From an uncultured Planctomycetales bacterium (lineage in GTDB: Bacteria > Omnitrophota > Gorgyraeia > Zapsychrales > JANLHA01): a DNA stretch of 64,000 nt. The first letter of the stretch is position 1. Each line of letters begins with the position of its first letter. The notes beneath the pieces are model-generated. The model was not told the DNA's origin. It did not search any database and was given only the letters and a program-made list of their open reading frames with translations. Positions 50,501-58,714 of this stretch are shown piece after piece. Location: assembly GCA_964595465.1 (NCBI GenBank), contig CAZQQI010000001.1, forward strand, positions 68,952-132,951, read 5' to 3'. The position numbers and the translations under genes are program-made.

Positions 50501-50678
50501 CAATAGCTGCTTTCCTGGTAAACGTGATCGCCAGGATCTGCCGAATCGACGTCGCCGGATACGGCAGCAGCAGGAGCTGAACATAACGTTTGGCCAGAGC
50601 GAATGTCTTGCCGGATCCCGCAGAGGCCTCAACAACGCGGACTTCAGGAAATTGGAAAAAAGGATGTTGTGCTGTCAT
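47520..50678 (-). CDS. addA: AddA-like ATP-dependent helicase/nuclease (UvrD/PcrA superfamily 1 helicase plus C-terminal nuclease)
   Basis: 1052 aa; Walker A ASAGSGKTF, SF1 helicase motifs (DEFQDTS, VGDKKQAIYSFRG), C-terminal nuclease motif (VIDFKSG). Confidence 0.8.
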   Translation of the reverse strand: MTAQHPFFQFPEVRVVEASAGSGKTFALAKRYVQLLLLPYPATSIRQILAITFTRKAAIEMKARILDFLKRIALQRLSSGEADQILSPLGLSAEDAAARAGTALNDIICRYNYFQVQTIDSFINAILSGCAFKIGLSSRFRIRHNALDYWQYSLDKAIERAMRDPEGRQLFEQFLRQYLLLENKGGWFPKKDILGLIFALYQQANVYAKEYRRYPGDDDVLDLMIRVRGQMQEFYDRGGEGLDGRFRNSLQKFFSEYSGPFDFDRVSRYWQRPIPPFKRGADAPPEAEHLWENIQSGLGKIAETEAYGRFNPYIDLYELTRALFEQKAMDEDVLFLEELNRRAGRLFDDHMVTVEELYFRLATRFRHYLVDEFQDTSVLQWKNLYLMVEEALSTGGSLFYVGDKKQAIYSFRGGESRLFDAVQSAFRSYNVQKERLPRNYRSYQQVVEFNNQIFDMDNIRRFLLDKQNYDSEKKRDFQVEVQDEDWQRLQTIFGGAEQEALPGKSGGMVRVTYVDAVNKTERDEVIQERLLDRVGELSSRFSLRDIAVLTRKNSEVEDVTAWLTEAGYSVESERTVNIKEDPLIQEIVSFLRFLDSPINDLAFVEALTGRLFSRVSGRSPQDVAGIFFRAHAEKKKGIYKYKIFQQTCPDLWTQHIEPFFRQAGSYPLYEFIVSILRSWNVFEHFPDRQGFFMQFLELVKAHEEDGPDLKSFLEFYERNQHEDVFVNVEGSDSIRVLTGHKAKGLEFPVVIIPFLTMDIQTGYRGGADPQLGQQSFLLNNDEEDMELLRIKNSYLPYSDHLYRIKRRQYLEALYAELDAVYVALTRAEQEMYIFLPDRAGKSFNIARFLIPEEFFSMGQPAEKAVSAEERKWEPVMLSSCPSRDWVGFLKEEFGRESGLWQSLSARRFGQMAHEVLARVGVLCEVNRDRGIAEAVASVKAVHPSGPWDRVESAVRAVVADPVTGRFFCDHEAEVKCEYDLVDRRGRTWRVDRLLLGRDMVRVIDFKSGQPQEKHHDQVREYMALLAEIYPGMAVEGFVLYFEGPTAEQVEAS

Positions 50679-50714
50679 AACGAAATGTTTGAATATTGAT
50701 ATTGAATGGCCTGC

Positions 50715-51152
50715 TTAAGGCTGGATCGTGTCAACGGTCACTTCATCAGCGGTCATCGCCACACTATATCCTAGAACCGGGCCGGGTTCAGCGGGGGTAA
50801 TCTGCTGATAATCATATCGAAGAGCCGGGTACTGCGGTGAAGTAACCGGAGTCAGCCCGGCCTGGATAAAACGGTCCTTGTAAAAATACATAACAAAATC
50901 TGAAATGTTCGTAAAACCGTAGCGCCGCAGTTCAACTTCTTCCGGTTGCCCCGCAAAGACATGCCCGACCTGTTTCGGCTCACCAAAAACACGTTCTGCG
51001 GCGGGAAGTACGTTCTGCCGGCTCTCCCCGATCCTGAGTTCCGCCTGATAATTCCCTTCAATATACCCTTGCCCTGATGAGGCACAGCCCCAAACAGTCA
51101 AACCGGCTGCCACGACCCATAACCGGAAAATCCAAAATCGAATCGTCCTCAT
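50715..51152 (-). CDS. Hypothetical lipoprotein
   Basis: Signal peptide with lipobox-like AGLTVWGCASS; no recognisable domain. Confidence 0.4.
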   Translation of the reverse strand: MRTIRFWIFRLWVVAAGLTVWGCASSGQGYIEGNYQAELRIGESRQNVLPAAERVFGEPKQVGHVFAGQPEEVELRRYGFTNISDFVMYFYKDRFIQAGLTPVTSPQYPALRYDYQQITPAEPGPVLGYSVAMTADEVTVDTIQP

Positions 51153-51176
51153 ACGTTATCCCTTTCTTTGTCCGGG

Positions 51177-51578
51177 CTATTTCTTTTGCGGCGGCCGATG
51201 GCTCACCATAAGTTTACGCGCGATCACCAGATGATCTCCTACCCAAAATTCCAGGCGGTATGAACCGAAGTCCGGAAAAATAATTCCATTAAGATCAAAA
51301 ACCAATTCTAAAGTTTGGTGCGGGTCACGGAACGCGATCTCCCCTTTAACAGACATCAAAGGTTTATCGGAATCCGCGCGCAGGCAGCGCAGCTCACACG
51401 AGCAGGATCCGTGCCCTTCTGTTACCACTAAAAAAACACTCATATGCGGATGACGGACCGGCGCCTTACGGGCATGGATCTGACTGAAAATACCGATCAG
51501 TGATTTCTTCTGGGTCTTGGCATCCTGAATCACAGTATCACAGATCAGCATGCCCAAGGGAATCGGCTTGGTTGTCAT
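51177..51578 (-). CDS. Hypothetical protein (133 aa), stop/start overlaps the CDF transporter gene
   Basis: ORF with plausible coding bias; no recognisable motifs; translationally coupled (ATGA-type overlap at 51575-51578). Confidence 0.4.
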   Translation of the reverse strand: MTTKPIPLGMLICDTVIQDAKTQKKSLIGIFSQIHARKAPVRHPHMSVFLVVTEGHGSCSCELRCLRADSDKPLMSVKGEIAFRDPHQTLELVFDLNGIIFPDFGSYRLEFWVGDHLVIARKLMVSHRPPQKK

Positions 51579-52492
51579 ACATCCTCCTCCTGGGTCAACG
51601 GCTCAATATGAACGGACAAAAATGTCTCTGGGCCAAAATGATCGCGCAGAATATCTTCTACACCGGTGGCAATCTGATGACCCTGCTCAATATTGAGATC
51701 AGGCTTAACACAGATATGCATTTCTATAGCCTTGCGCTGTCCGATACGCCGTGTACGCAGGCGGTGCGGACGATACGCGCCTTCAACGGAGGATGCCAAC
51801 TCGACGATGCTCTCTTCCACCTCCGGGCTGAGTGACCCTTCGGTCAACTCGTGCACGCTGTGCCGGATAATTTTAAACGCGACGTGCAGGATAAATATAC
51901 TGACCGTAATAGCGGCCAGCGGGTCGAGCACTCTCCAATGTTCACCCAGTATGATCGCCCCGGCAATGCCGAGAAAAACACCTAATGATGAAAGCGCATC
52001 AGTCCGATGATGCCAGGCATTAGCGATCAAGGCCTGATTATCGGTTTTCTTGCCGGCCTCCAATGTCCGGCGGAAAATCCATTCTTTACTGATCACCGAT
52101 ACCACCGCGATCAGCGCAGCAAACCACCCTGGGCGGGACAAAACCTCGCCCGAAAGGGCCCGGGCTACTTTAACCAGTCCGTTCCAGCAGAGAAACACAG
52201 CAACAGCGAAAAGAAAAAAACCGATAAAGGCGGACGTCAATGTCTCGATCTTGCCATGGCCGTAATCATGGTCATGATCAACCGGTTTTGCGGCCGCGCG
52301 CACACCCCAGATCAAGGCCACATCCGTGGATATGTCAGATAGTGAATGCACGGCGTCCGCAACGATCGCTGAACTGCCGGCAACCACACCAGCCAAAAAT
52401 TTCAACCCGACTAAAACCCCGTTTATGATCAAACCCCACAGAGTCACGACATAAGCCTGCCGGGTACGCAATGTCATTTCCTGGCGTCTCAT
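51575..52492 (-). CDS. Cation diffusion facilitator family metal efflux transporter
   Basis: Six TM helices with HSLSD...D and HxxxD metal-site motifs; C-terminal cytoplasmic CTD. Confidence 0.8.
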   Translation of the reverse strand: MRRQEMTLRTRQAYVVTLWGLIINGVLVGLKFLAGVVAGSSAIVADAVHSLSDISTDVALIWGVRAAAKPVDHDHDYGHGKIETLTSAFIGFFLFAVAVFLCWNGLVKVARALSGEVLSRPGWFAALIAVVSVISKEWIFRRTLEAGKKTDNQALIANAWHHRTDALSSLGVFLGIAGAIILGEHWRVLDPLAAITVSIFILHVAFKIIRHSVHELTEGSLSPEVEESIVELASSVEGAYRPHRLRTRRIGQRKAIEMHICVKPDLNIEQGHQIATGVEDILRDHFGPETFLSVHIEPLTQEEDV

Positions 52493-53337
52493 CTCTCCTC
52501 CGCTTCATCATAATGCTCCAGGGCCTCAGGGATGCGCGCGCGGATATCCTCGATCCTGGATTCCGGGGCCGGATGCGTGGATAAAAATTCAGGCATACGG
52601 TTCTTGGCCTGTTCTGTCATCCTCTGCCAAAAATCGACTGCAGCCCGCGGATCATAACCAGCCTTAGCCATCAGGATCAGCCCGATGCGATCAGCCTCTC
52701 TTTCCTGCAGACGGCTGTAAGGAAGAACATAACCAACCGTGCTTCCCAATCCGTAAGCCACCATCCACCAATACCGGGCCTCATCGCTTTTTTTACGCAA
52801 GGCCGCGTTCAGCGTTATCCCGCCCAGCTGGACCATCAGAAAATGGCTCATCCGCTCTCCGCCGTGGTTGGCGATCACATGGGCCACTTCATGAGCCATA
52901 ACCGCTGCCAACCCGCTATCATTCTGCGCCACCGGAAGAATCCCGGTATAAACGCCCACCTTCCCTCCAGGCATAGCAAAGGCGTTGACCGTGTCGTCAT
53001 CTTTCAACAATTTGAACTCCCAATCAAAGTTTCGCAACGTATCGCCGCGGCCGGTTTCAATCAGAAATTCTTCTGTCGCCCGCGCCACACGCTCCCCGAC
53101 ACGCAAAACCATAGCTTTCTTTTCCTCATCATCCGCGAGGGTCTTGTCTTGGATCAGTTCCTGAAAACTATCATTGCTCATCGAAATCAGCTGAGATGAT
53201 GGAATAATCGAAAACTGCTGACGCCCAGTAATCGGCACCGTCGCGCATCCATAAAAAAATACAGAAGAAAACAGACAAAAAGATACCAGCACGGACAGGG
53301 GAACGTGAACGAATCGTTTATGAATAAGATTTTCCAT
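52489..53337 (-). CDS. M48-family zinc metallopeptidase lipoprotein
   Basis: HEVAHVIANH is an HExxH motif; a downstream Glu and lipoprotein signal (FFYGCA) are present; size about 280 aa. Confidence 0.75.
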   Translation of the reverse strand: MENLIHKRFVHVPLSVLVSFCLFSSVFFYGCATVPITGRQQFSIIPSSQLISMSNDSFQELIQDKTLADDEEKKAMVLRVGERVARATEEFLIETGRGDTLRNFDWEFKLLKDDDTVNAFAMPGGKVGVYTGILPVAQNDSGLAAVMAHEVAHVIANHGGERMSHFLMVQLGGITLNAALRKKSDEARYWWMVAYGLGSTVGYVLPYSRLQEREADRIGLILMAKAGYDPRAAVDFWQRMTEQAKNRMPEFLSTHPAPESRIEDIRARIPEALEHYDEAEER

Positions 53338-53350
53338 CGTCTTTCTCCCG

Positions 53351-53668
53351 TCATTTAACGTTCAAGTCATCGAGCAATTCTGTCAGCTTGTATTCATACC
53401 GTCCGAAACAGGTCTCGGTCACACGGTCACTATCCGCTCCGCCTGTCAACAACAGCTCATAACACAGGATCAATAGATCTCCGGTCTCTGTCAGATAATG
53501 CGGGTCACCCCGGTCATACAGTTCACGTATTTCAGCAGCATGCTGATCGATCAAATCCAGCAGACGCAAAGCATGCGGCATGCCGACCGCTTGATTATAC
53601 TTTTTAGACAGACGATGAATACGCGCGATCTTCTCTTTTGCGGCAGAACTCATAATCTCAGCTGACAC
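53351..53668 (-). CDS. MazG-like nucleotide pyrophosphohydrolase family protein (small)
   Basis: 105 aa with the E..E...R...E.GD(L/V)L pattern (EIRELYDRGD...ETGDLLILCYELL) typical of short MazG-fold proteins. Confidence 0.45.
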   Translation of the reverse strand: MSAEIMSSAAKEKIARIHRLSKKYNQAVGMPHALRLLDLIDQHAAEIRELYDRGDPHYLTETGDLLILCYELLLTGGADSDRVTETCFGRYEYKLTELLDDLNVK

Positions 53669-53679
53669 GGCTTCTGCTC

Positions 53680-56118
53680 CTATGCATCGGACTGGCCGAT
53701 TTCCATAGCCAATTGCTGACCCAGCAATTCAAATAAGGTGATCCAGCGCCGGGCCCTAGGCTTTCCCTCATCAGCCTGACGGCTCATACCATCATAATAC
53801 TCTTTTTGAATAAAAAAATAAATATTTTGAGGCTTTCCGAGGTCTAAAGCAAGATCCAGTGGACCAACGGTTTTGAGCAGAGACGTCATATCCCGTAAAA
53901 GACGCTGATCCCGCGGACGCCGTCTGAAAATATCCATCATACTCTTAAACCTTTTCCCAGCAACATAAGCAATGGTCTCGCGATCAATATCCAGCTGCCA
54001 TTCATCTGCCTCCCGAACCAAACGCTCCAGATATTTAAAATCTAAGGGATCCCTCCCCAATGCATCCAAAAGATCCATATTGGTCATAGTCAATAGGGTC
54101 GTGTCCAGGATCTTGGGCAGAGGGACGTTCAGTTGGCGGACAACGCGCATGACAGGCGAATGATCTTCAGCGATTTGGCGAAACGAGTGTTCCATATCAG
54201 CAAACGCCTTGTGCAGAAGACGATAAAGGATGCGGGTCTGCTCATCACGGAAAAGGTGCTCCAAGGTGAATGGTCCATGCTCAAAGCTGGCCCTCATCCC
54301 GCGTAAAGCAGAACGGCGGCGCACACCGCGAAAGGACCGGCTTAAGTCACGCCTGATCTTGCGGAAGTCCTGTTCATTCAGATTTTCACTGATCCCGGCA
54401 AAGACCTCCTGCGCCCCAAAATGAAGCGTCACAAAAGCAAGTTCCCTCTGCTCTTCGGTAATCCGGGACGTGATCAAAAGCCGTCCGACAGCCAAAGTCT
54501 CCCCGTCCTGTTCATAGTGATCATACATTACCCGTTTAACCCGAAACGTATAAATATCTTCCTCATCCGCCAAATGCTCAAAGATCGACGTTATCACATA
54601 ATGCGCTGCCACGCGGACCATATTGACCACGGATGGATCCACCTGTTTTTTAAAAACAACCGCGCCGTTCCCATAAGAAGCAATATTGCTGGGCGCGGCG
54701 CGTAGTTTTTTTAAAAACCTCCCGCGCAGGTCAGCGCCGCCCACTTCCTGAGCTAGCTGAATGGCCTTGGCCGCGTAACTCAAGATCTGAACCGTCTCAA
54801 TCCCGGAGATCTCATCAAAAAACCAGCCGCAGCTGGTATACATCAACAAAGCATTGCGCTGCATTTCCAGTAAATGCCAGATACGGCTCCGTTCATCCGC
54901 GTTTAACGATCCGCGGGCATTCTGTCTTAAAAACCGCAGCCGGCTTCGCTGCGAACGGTCTAAGATCACATCAATATAAGCATCCCTGGCCTTCCAAGGG
55001 TCACGGATCAGCCCGGCCATCATGTTTTCATAACGTTCCGCCAGTTCATCTCTCAGCCAATCCAGCGAGTCGCGCAAAGGCCCGCGCCAGCTCTGATCCC
55101 AGCCGGGATGCCCGCCGCTATGACAGCCGCAATCCCCCCGCCAGCGTTCCACGCCATGCACACAGCTCCAGGAAGAACCCTCATGGATCATGGCTTCATC
55201 TGCCGGAGCGGCCCGGTCCAGATAATCGCCGTAAAGAGTCAGTTCGACATCCTCCCGCTGCTGAATATCCCTCAGACAGACAGCCAAAGCCATTTCTCCG
55301 AAACGATGATGATGACCATAAGATTCACCGTCGGTGGCAATATGAACCAGCTGATCATAATCGCCATCATCCGCAAAAGCACCGCGCAGCCGTTGGGCGA
55401 AAAGCGTGCCGTCTTTCAGAACACCTTCAAAGGCAACTGCCTTGGCCAAATCTCCATCATAAAAAAACACACTGATCGTGCGGCCGGAAGGCAACCGGCA
55501 AAGATACGGCCGCCGCGTATCAATCGTTTCCGCATCCACCTCCTGCCACTCCCCAGCCCCGATCTTGCGCACCGCCCGGGCCTGCCGCGGCGCCAGAACA
55601 ACAAACCGCAGACCATATTCCGCCAAAAGATCCAGCGTCTCCATATCCACAGCGGTTTCCGGAAGCCACATACCTTCCGGCTCCCGCTGAAAACGATAAC
55701 GAAAATCTTTTAGTCCCCAGGCGATCTGTGTGCGTTTATCCCTGGTATTGGCCAGGGGCATGATCATATGGTTATAACACTGGGCCAAAGCGGAACCATG
55801 ACCATGAAAAAAGGATCTGCTTTCCCGGTCAGAGGCAAGGATCGCGCGGTAGACCTCCGGCTTTTTTCTTTCCAGCCAGCTCAGCAGACTCGGTCCGAAA
55901 TTAAAACTGATCCGGGCATAATTATTGACAATATCTATGATCCGTTGCCGCTCATTCAAAACGCGAGCCGCTGTATTCGGAGCATAGCATTCTTCGGTGA
56001 TTCTTTGATTCCAGTCGTGAAATGGCGCGGCAGACTCCTGGCGCTCAACTTCTTCCAGCCAGGGATTCTCACGGGGGGGCTGATAAAAATGGCCGTGAAT
56101 GCAGATGTAACGTTTCAG
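53680..56118 (-). CDS. Glycoside hydrolase family 57 protein (alpha-glucan active) with C-terminal DUF3536-like extension; non-ATG start
   Basis: The ORF track starts at the TTG at 55959 (MNERQRI...FNFGPSLL). In-frame translation upstream to 56118 gives LKRYICIHGHFYQPPRENPW, the conserved GH57 N-terminal catalytic signature. An AAGGAG SD lies 6 nt upstream. No ATG/GTG/TTG is in frame between the upstream stop and this motif. Confidence 0.7.
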   Translation of the reverse strand: MKRYICIHGHFYQPPRENPWLEEVERQESAAPFHDWNQRITEECYAPNTAARVLNERQRIIDIVNNYARISFNFGPSLLSWLERKKPEVYRAILASDRESRSFFHGHGSALAQCYNHMIMPLANTRDKRTQIAWGLKDFRYRFQREPEGMWLPETAVDMETLDLLAEYGLRFVVLAPRQARAVRKIGAGEWQEVDAETIDTRRPYLCRLPSGRTISVFFYDGDLAKAVAFEGVLKDGTLFAQRLRGAFADDGDYDQLVHIATDGESYGHHHRFGEMALAVCLRDIQQREDVELTLYGDYLDRAAPADEAMIHEGSSWSCVHGVERWRGDCGCHSGGHPGWDQSWRGPLRDSLDWLRDELAERYENMMAGLIRDPWKARDAYIDVILDRSQRSRLRFLRQNARGSLNADERSRIWHLLEMQRNALLMYTSCGWFFDEISGIETVQILSYAAKAIQLAQEVGGADLRGRFLKKLRAAPSNIASYGNGAVVFKKQVDPSVVNMVRVAAHYVITSIFEHLADEEDIYTFRVKRVMYDHYEQDGETLAVGRLLITSRITEEQRELAFVTLHFGAQEVFAGISENLNEQDFRKIRRDLSRSFRGVRRRSALRGMRASFEHGPFTLEHLFRDEQTRILYRLLHKAFADMEHSFRQIAEDHSPVMRVVRQLNVPLPKILDTTLLTMTNMDLLDALGRDPLDFKYLERLVREADEWQLDIDRETIAYVAGKRFKSMMDIFRRRPRDQRLLRDMTSLLKTVGPLDLALDLGKPQNIYFFIQKEYYDGMSRQADEGKPRARRWITLFELLGQQLAMEIGQSDA

Positions 56119-56311
56119 AAATCACTCCTTTTCTGAGCCGAATGACAATCATTTTATTATATCATAATCATGTAGATTATAAATTCTATCTGAAAATCCT
56201 TATTTCATCATCCGCCGGCTCTTTTGATCCTCTTAGATGGTGCATTACGCAAAGCATCCTTGCACGCCGGTCTTCTGGCCATTTGGCCCTGCACTATGGT
56301 ATAATTCATTT

Positions 56312-57589
56312 ATGATCCAGAATTTATTGCGTGTCATTTTAAGCACATTATGCCTCTTTTCCATTGTTTTCTCCCCCGCCCGTACTGCGGCTAACGGGTC
56401 GCAAGACACCCGCATGCTTTCCCGCTGGCTTGAATATAACCGGGACAGCAAAACCCTCCTGCCTTATAGTCATGTCGGGGACAGCCGGCTCCGCCACTGG
56501 ACCATGACCTATGATTCCGGCGTAACGGCCCTGGCCTACCTGGCGCTGGAACGAACGGAGGAGGCGCAGAAAATCATCGACTTCTATATCAACACGCCCC
56601 GTGTTTGGCGCCTGGGAGGCATCATCGACGGGATCAATATCCACAAACCCGACCTGGGAGTTTCCTGGACTGTGCGGACAGGATCGAACACCTGGATCGG
56701 CTTGGCCGCCCTGCATCTTTATAATCGGACAAAAGAAGACCGTTACCGTGATCTTGCCGTCCGCATCGGAGACTTCCTCCTCTACCTGCAGAATAAAAAT
56801 CATAATATCCCGAATTACGGCGGTATCCGTATGGGACCAGCGGGAGATCCCAAAATCCCCACAGACCAGCGTCTGAACTACAGCCTTTCTGCTCCGCGGC
56901 TTCACGATATCTTCTCCACAGAACACAACGTAACCGCGTTCGCTTTTCTCAATATGCTGTTTGATACCACACGCCTTGAGCGGTTTGCCAGAGCGCGGAA
57001 ACGCGTCTGGCTCTGGCTGAAGGAATACGGATTTAACACCCAAGGTCATTATTTTAACCGCGGAAGTCATGCTTCCGGACGAAGGGATACGGTCTTTGCC
57101 ACGGATGTGCAGTCCTGGGCTTTATCAGCTTTAGGGCAGCAGCGGCTGGAACAATTGGAACCTGGACTTACGGAACGCCTCCTGCAAATTATTCAAAAAA
57201 ATGCCTTAAACCGTTTAACATTTCAGAATAAAAACGGAGTGCCTGTCAAAATCAGCGGAGTGGATTTTGTGGATCATGAAACGGCCGCGGGCCTGGGCAG
57301 AGATCCTCTGATCAGCCCGGAATGGACCTTCCAATTGGCCACCGCCATCTCCAGCATAAGAGCCTCCGATCAATTCCTTCGTTTACGCGACGAATTAAAC
57401 AGCAGCATGCTGACTTTAGCCAAAAGTCAATCTCAAAGGGGCGGATTGCCCTATGCCACATCAGGAGATGTTCCCATCGGACATGAATATAATACGCCCC
57501 GTCTGCCTAACCAAAGCGTGATCGGAGTATCCTACGGCATATTAAGCCTGACGGAATTTGACCCTCTCTCACCAGCTGCCCAGCAATAA
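56312..57589 (+). CDS. Secreted hypothetical protein, possibly glycan-active (divergent from the GH57 gene)
   Basis: Start chosen at MIQNLLRVILSTLCLFSIVFSPARTAANG, a signal peptide. The ORF track starts at 56237. No firm motif. Confidence 0.5.
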   Translation: MIQNLLRVILSTLCLFSIVFSPARTAANGSQDTRMLSRWLEYNRDSKTLLPYSHVGDSRLRHWTMTYDSGVTALAYLALERTEEAQKIIDFYINTPRVWRLGGIIDGINIHKPDLGVSWTVRTGSNTWIGLAALHLYNRTKEDRYRDLAVRIGDFLLYLQNKNHNIPNYGGIRMGPAGDPKIPTDQRLNYSLSAPRLHDIFSTEHNVTAFAFLNMLFDTTRLERFARARKRVWLWLKEYGFNTQGHYFNRGSHASGRRDTVFATDVQSWALSALGQQRLEQLEPGLTERLLQIIQKNALNRLTFQNKNGVPVKISGVDFVDHETAAGLGRDPLISPEWTFQLATAISSIRASDQFLRLRDELNSSMLTLAKSQSQRGGLPYATSGDVPIGHEYNTPRLPNQSVIGVSYGILSLTEFDPLSPAAQQ

Positions 57590-57679
57590 CACCCCGGCAA
57601 TAACATCTTGGGCTTGCATTACCCTGACAACCTATGACATACTTATACTGTCATTCTGTATCAAAGCATCACAGGCCAG

Positions 57680-58135
57680 GTGAACATGCATAAAATTCTC
57701 ATCGTAGATGATGAACGCGATCTGTGCGAGTATGTCCAGAGATCACTCGAACGAACAGGCCTGTACAAGGTGCGCACAACAACTTTCCCGCTTGAGACCT
57801 GCGATCTCTGCAGGTCATTCCAACCGGATATTGTCCTGCTGGACATCATCATGCCCGAAATGGACGGCCGTCAATTGATCAAGGATCTCCAGTCTGATGA
57901 ACAGTTCCAGAATATCAAAATTATTGTTACCAGCGGATTGGGAGAAATGAGTTATTCCGCCGAGCAGGACCGCTGGCGCTGGGACCCGGGACGTTCAGAC
58001 AAAGACCATTTTGATCACTTGCCCCGTCAATTAAACGCGGAAACCGGCTCACGCTATTTTAATGTTGAGGACTTTTTGGCGAAACCGTTTGCGCCGCAGA
58101 CATTATTGAATGTCATCGCGTCGCATCTCCAATAA
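57680..58135 (+). CDS. Single-domain response regulator (CheY-like receiver) with a roughly 30 aa insertion
   Basis: ILIVDDE, phosphoacceptor D in LLDIIMPEMDG, IIVTSG (conserved Thr), KPF (conserved Lys). Insertion between beta4 and alpha4: LGEMSYSAEQDRWRWDPGR... Confidence 0.75.
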   Translation: MNMHKILIVDDERDLCEYVQRSLERTGLYKVRTTTFPLETCDLCRSFQPDIVLLDIIMPEMDGRQLIKDLQSDEQFQNIKIIVTSGLGEMSYSAEQDRWRWDPGRSDKDHFDHLPRQLNAETGSRYFNVEDFLAKPFAPQTLLNVIASHLQ

Positions 58136-58211
58136 GGGAGGAGTCATCACGAGGGAGTTCTGACAAATTCGACATATGTTTCTTTCAGGCTCCCTTTAAA
58201 AAACCGGTCTT

Positions 58212-58670
58212 ATGAAAAAAATTCTTATTGTCGATGATGAAGCAGATATCCGCCGACTCATTCAGATATCGCTGGAAGAAACTGGTCTTTATGAGATCCG
58301 CTCAACCGGTGAGCCGCAGGATGTCCTGGGCATCTGCCGCGAGTTCCATCCGGACATGCTTCTGCTGGACATCGTCATGCCCATAATGGACGGACGCGAC
58401 ATTATCGCTCAGATCCGTTCACAGGAAGAATTCGAACATATGCTGATCATCGTGACCAGCGGGTTGGGCGAGATGGTCTATTCTCAAAAAATGGATCAGT
58501 GGAAGTGGAGCCCGAACCGCCCGATCGTTCAGCAGCGCGGCGACATCCCCCTCGAACGCAATCCGCATGAAGCCGCCCGCGCCTACGGCGTTGATGATTT
58601 TATCGTTAAACCCTTCTCTCCGCGCAGTCTGCACAATATCATAGCGGACAATTTTGAAAAACACAGCTGA
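58212..58670 (+). CDS. Single-domain response regulator paralog with the same insertion
   Basis: ILIVDDE, LLDIVMPIMDG, IIVTSG, KPF. Insertion LGEMVYSQKMDQWKWSPNR... Confidence 0.75.
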   Translation: MKKILIVDDEADIRRLIQISLEETGLYEIRSTGEPQDVLGICREFHPDMLLLDIVMPIMDGRDIIAQIRSQEEFEHMLIIVTSGLGEMVYSQKMDQWKWSPNRPIVQQRGDIPLERNPHEAARAYGVDDFIVKPFSPRSLHNIIADNFEKHS

Positions 58671-58714
58671 TTCACAAAACGCGTCCGGCAGGGATCCGGA
58701 CCCTGCCATTACGT

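Noticed and set aside
56237-56311. Upstream extension of the secreted protein (ORF track start at 56237)
   Set aside because: The extension (MVHYAKHPCTPVFWPFGPALWYNSF) precedes a textbook signal peptide starting at M56312 and has no SD. The shorter start was preferred, though without high certainty.
58136-58211. Inverted repeat (AGGGAG...CTCCCT) between the two response-regulator genes as a possible attenuator
   Set aside because: The stem is short with a long loop, and there is no U-tract. It more likely just contains the SD and spacer for the second gene.
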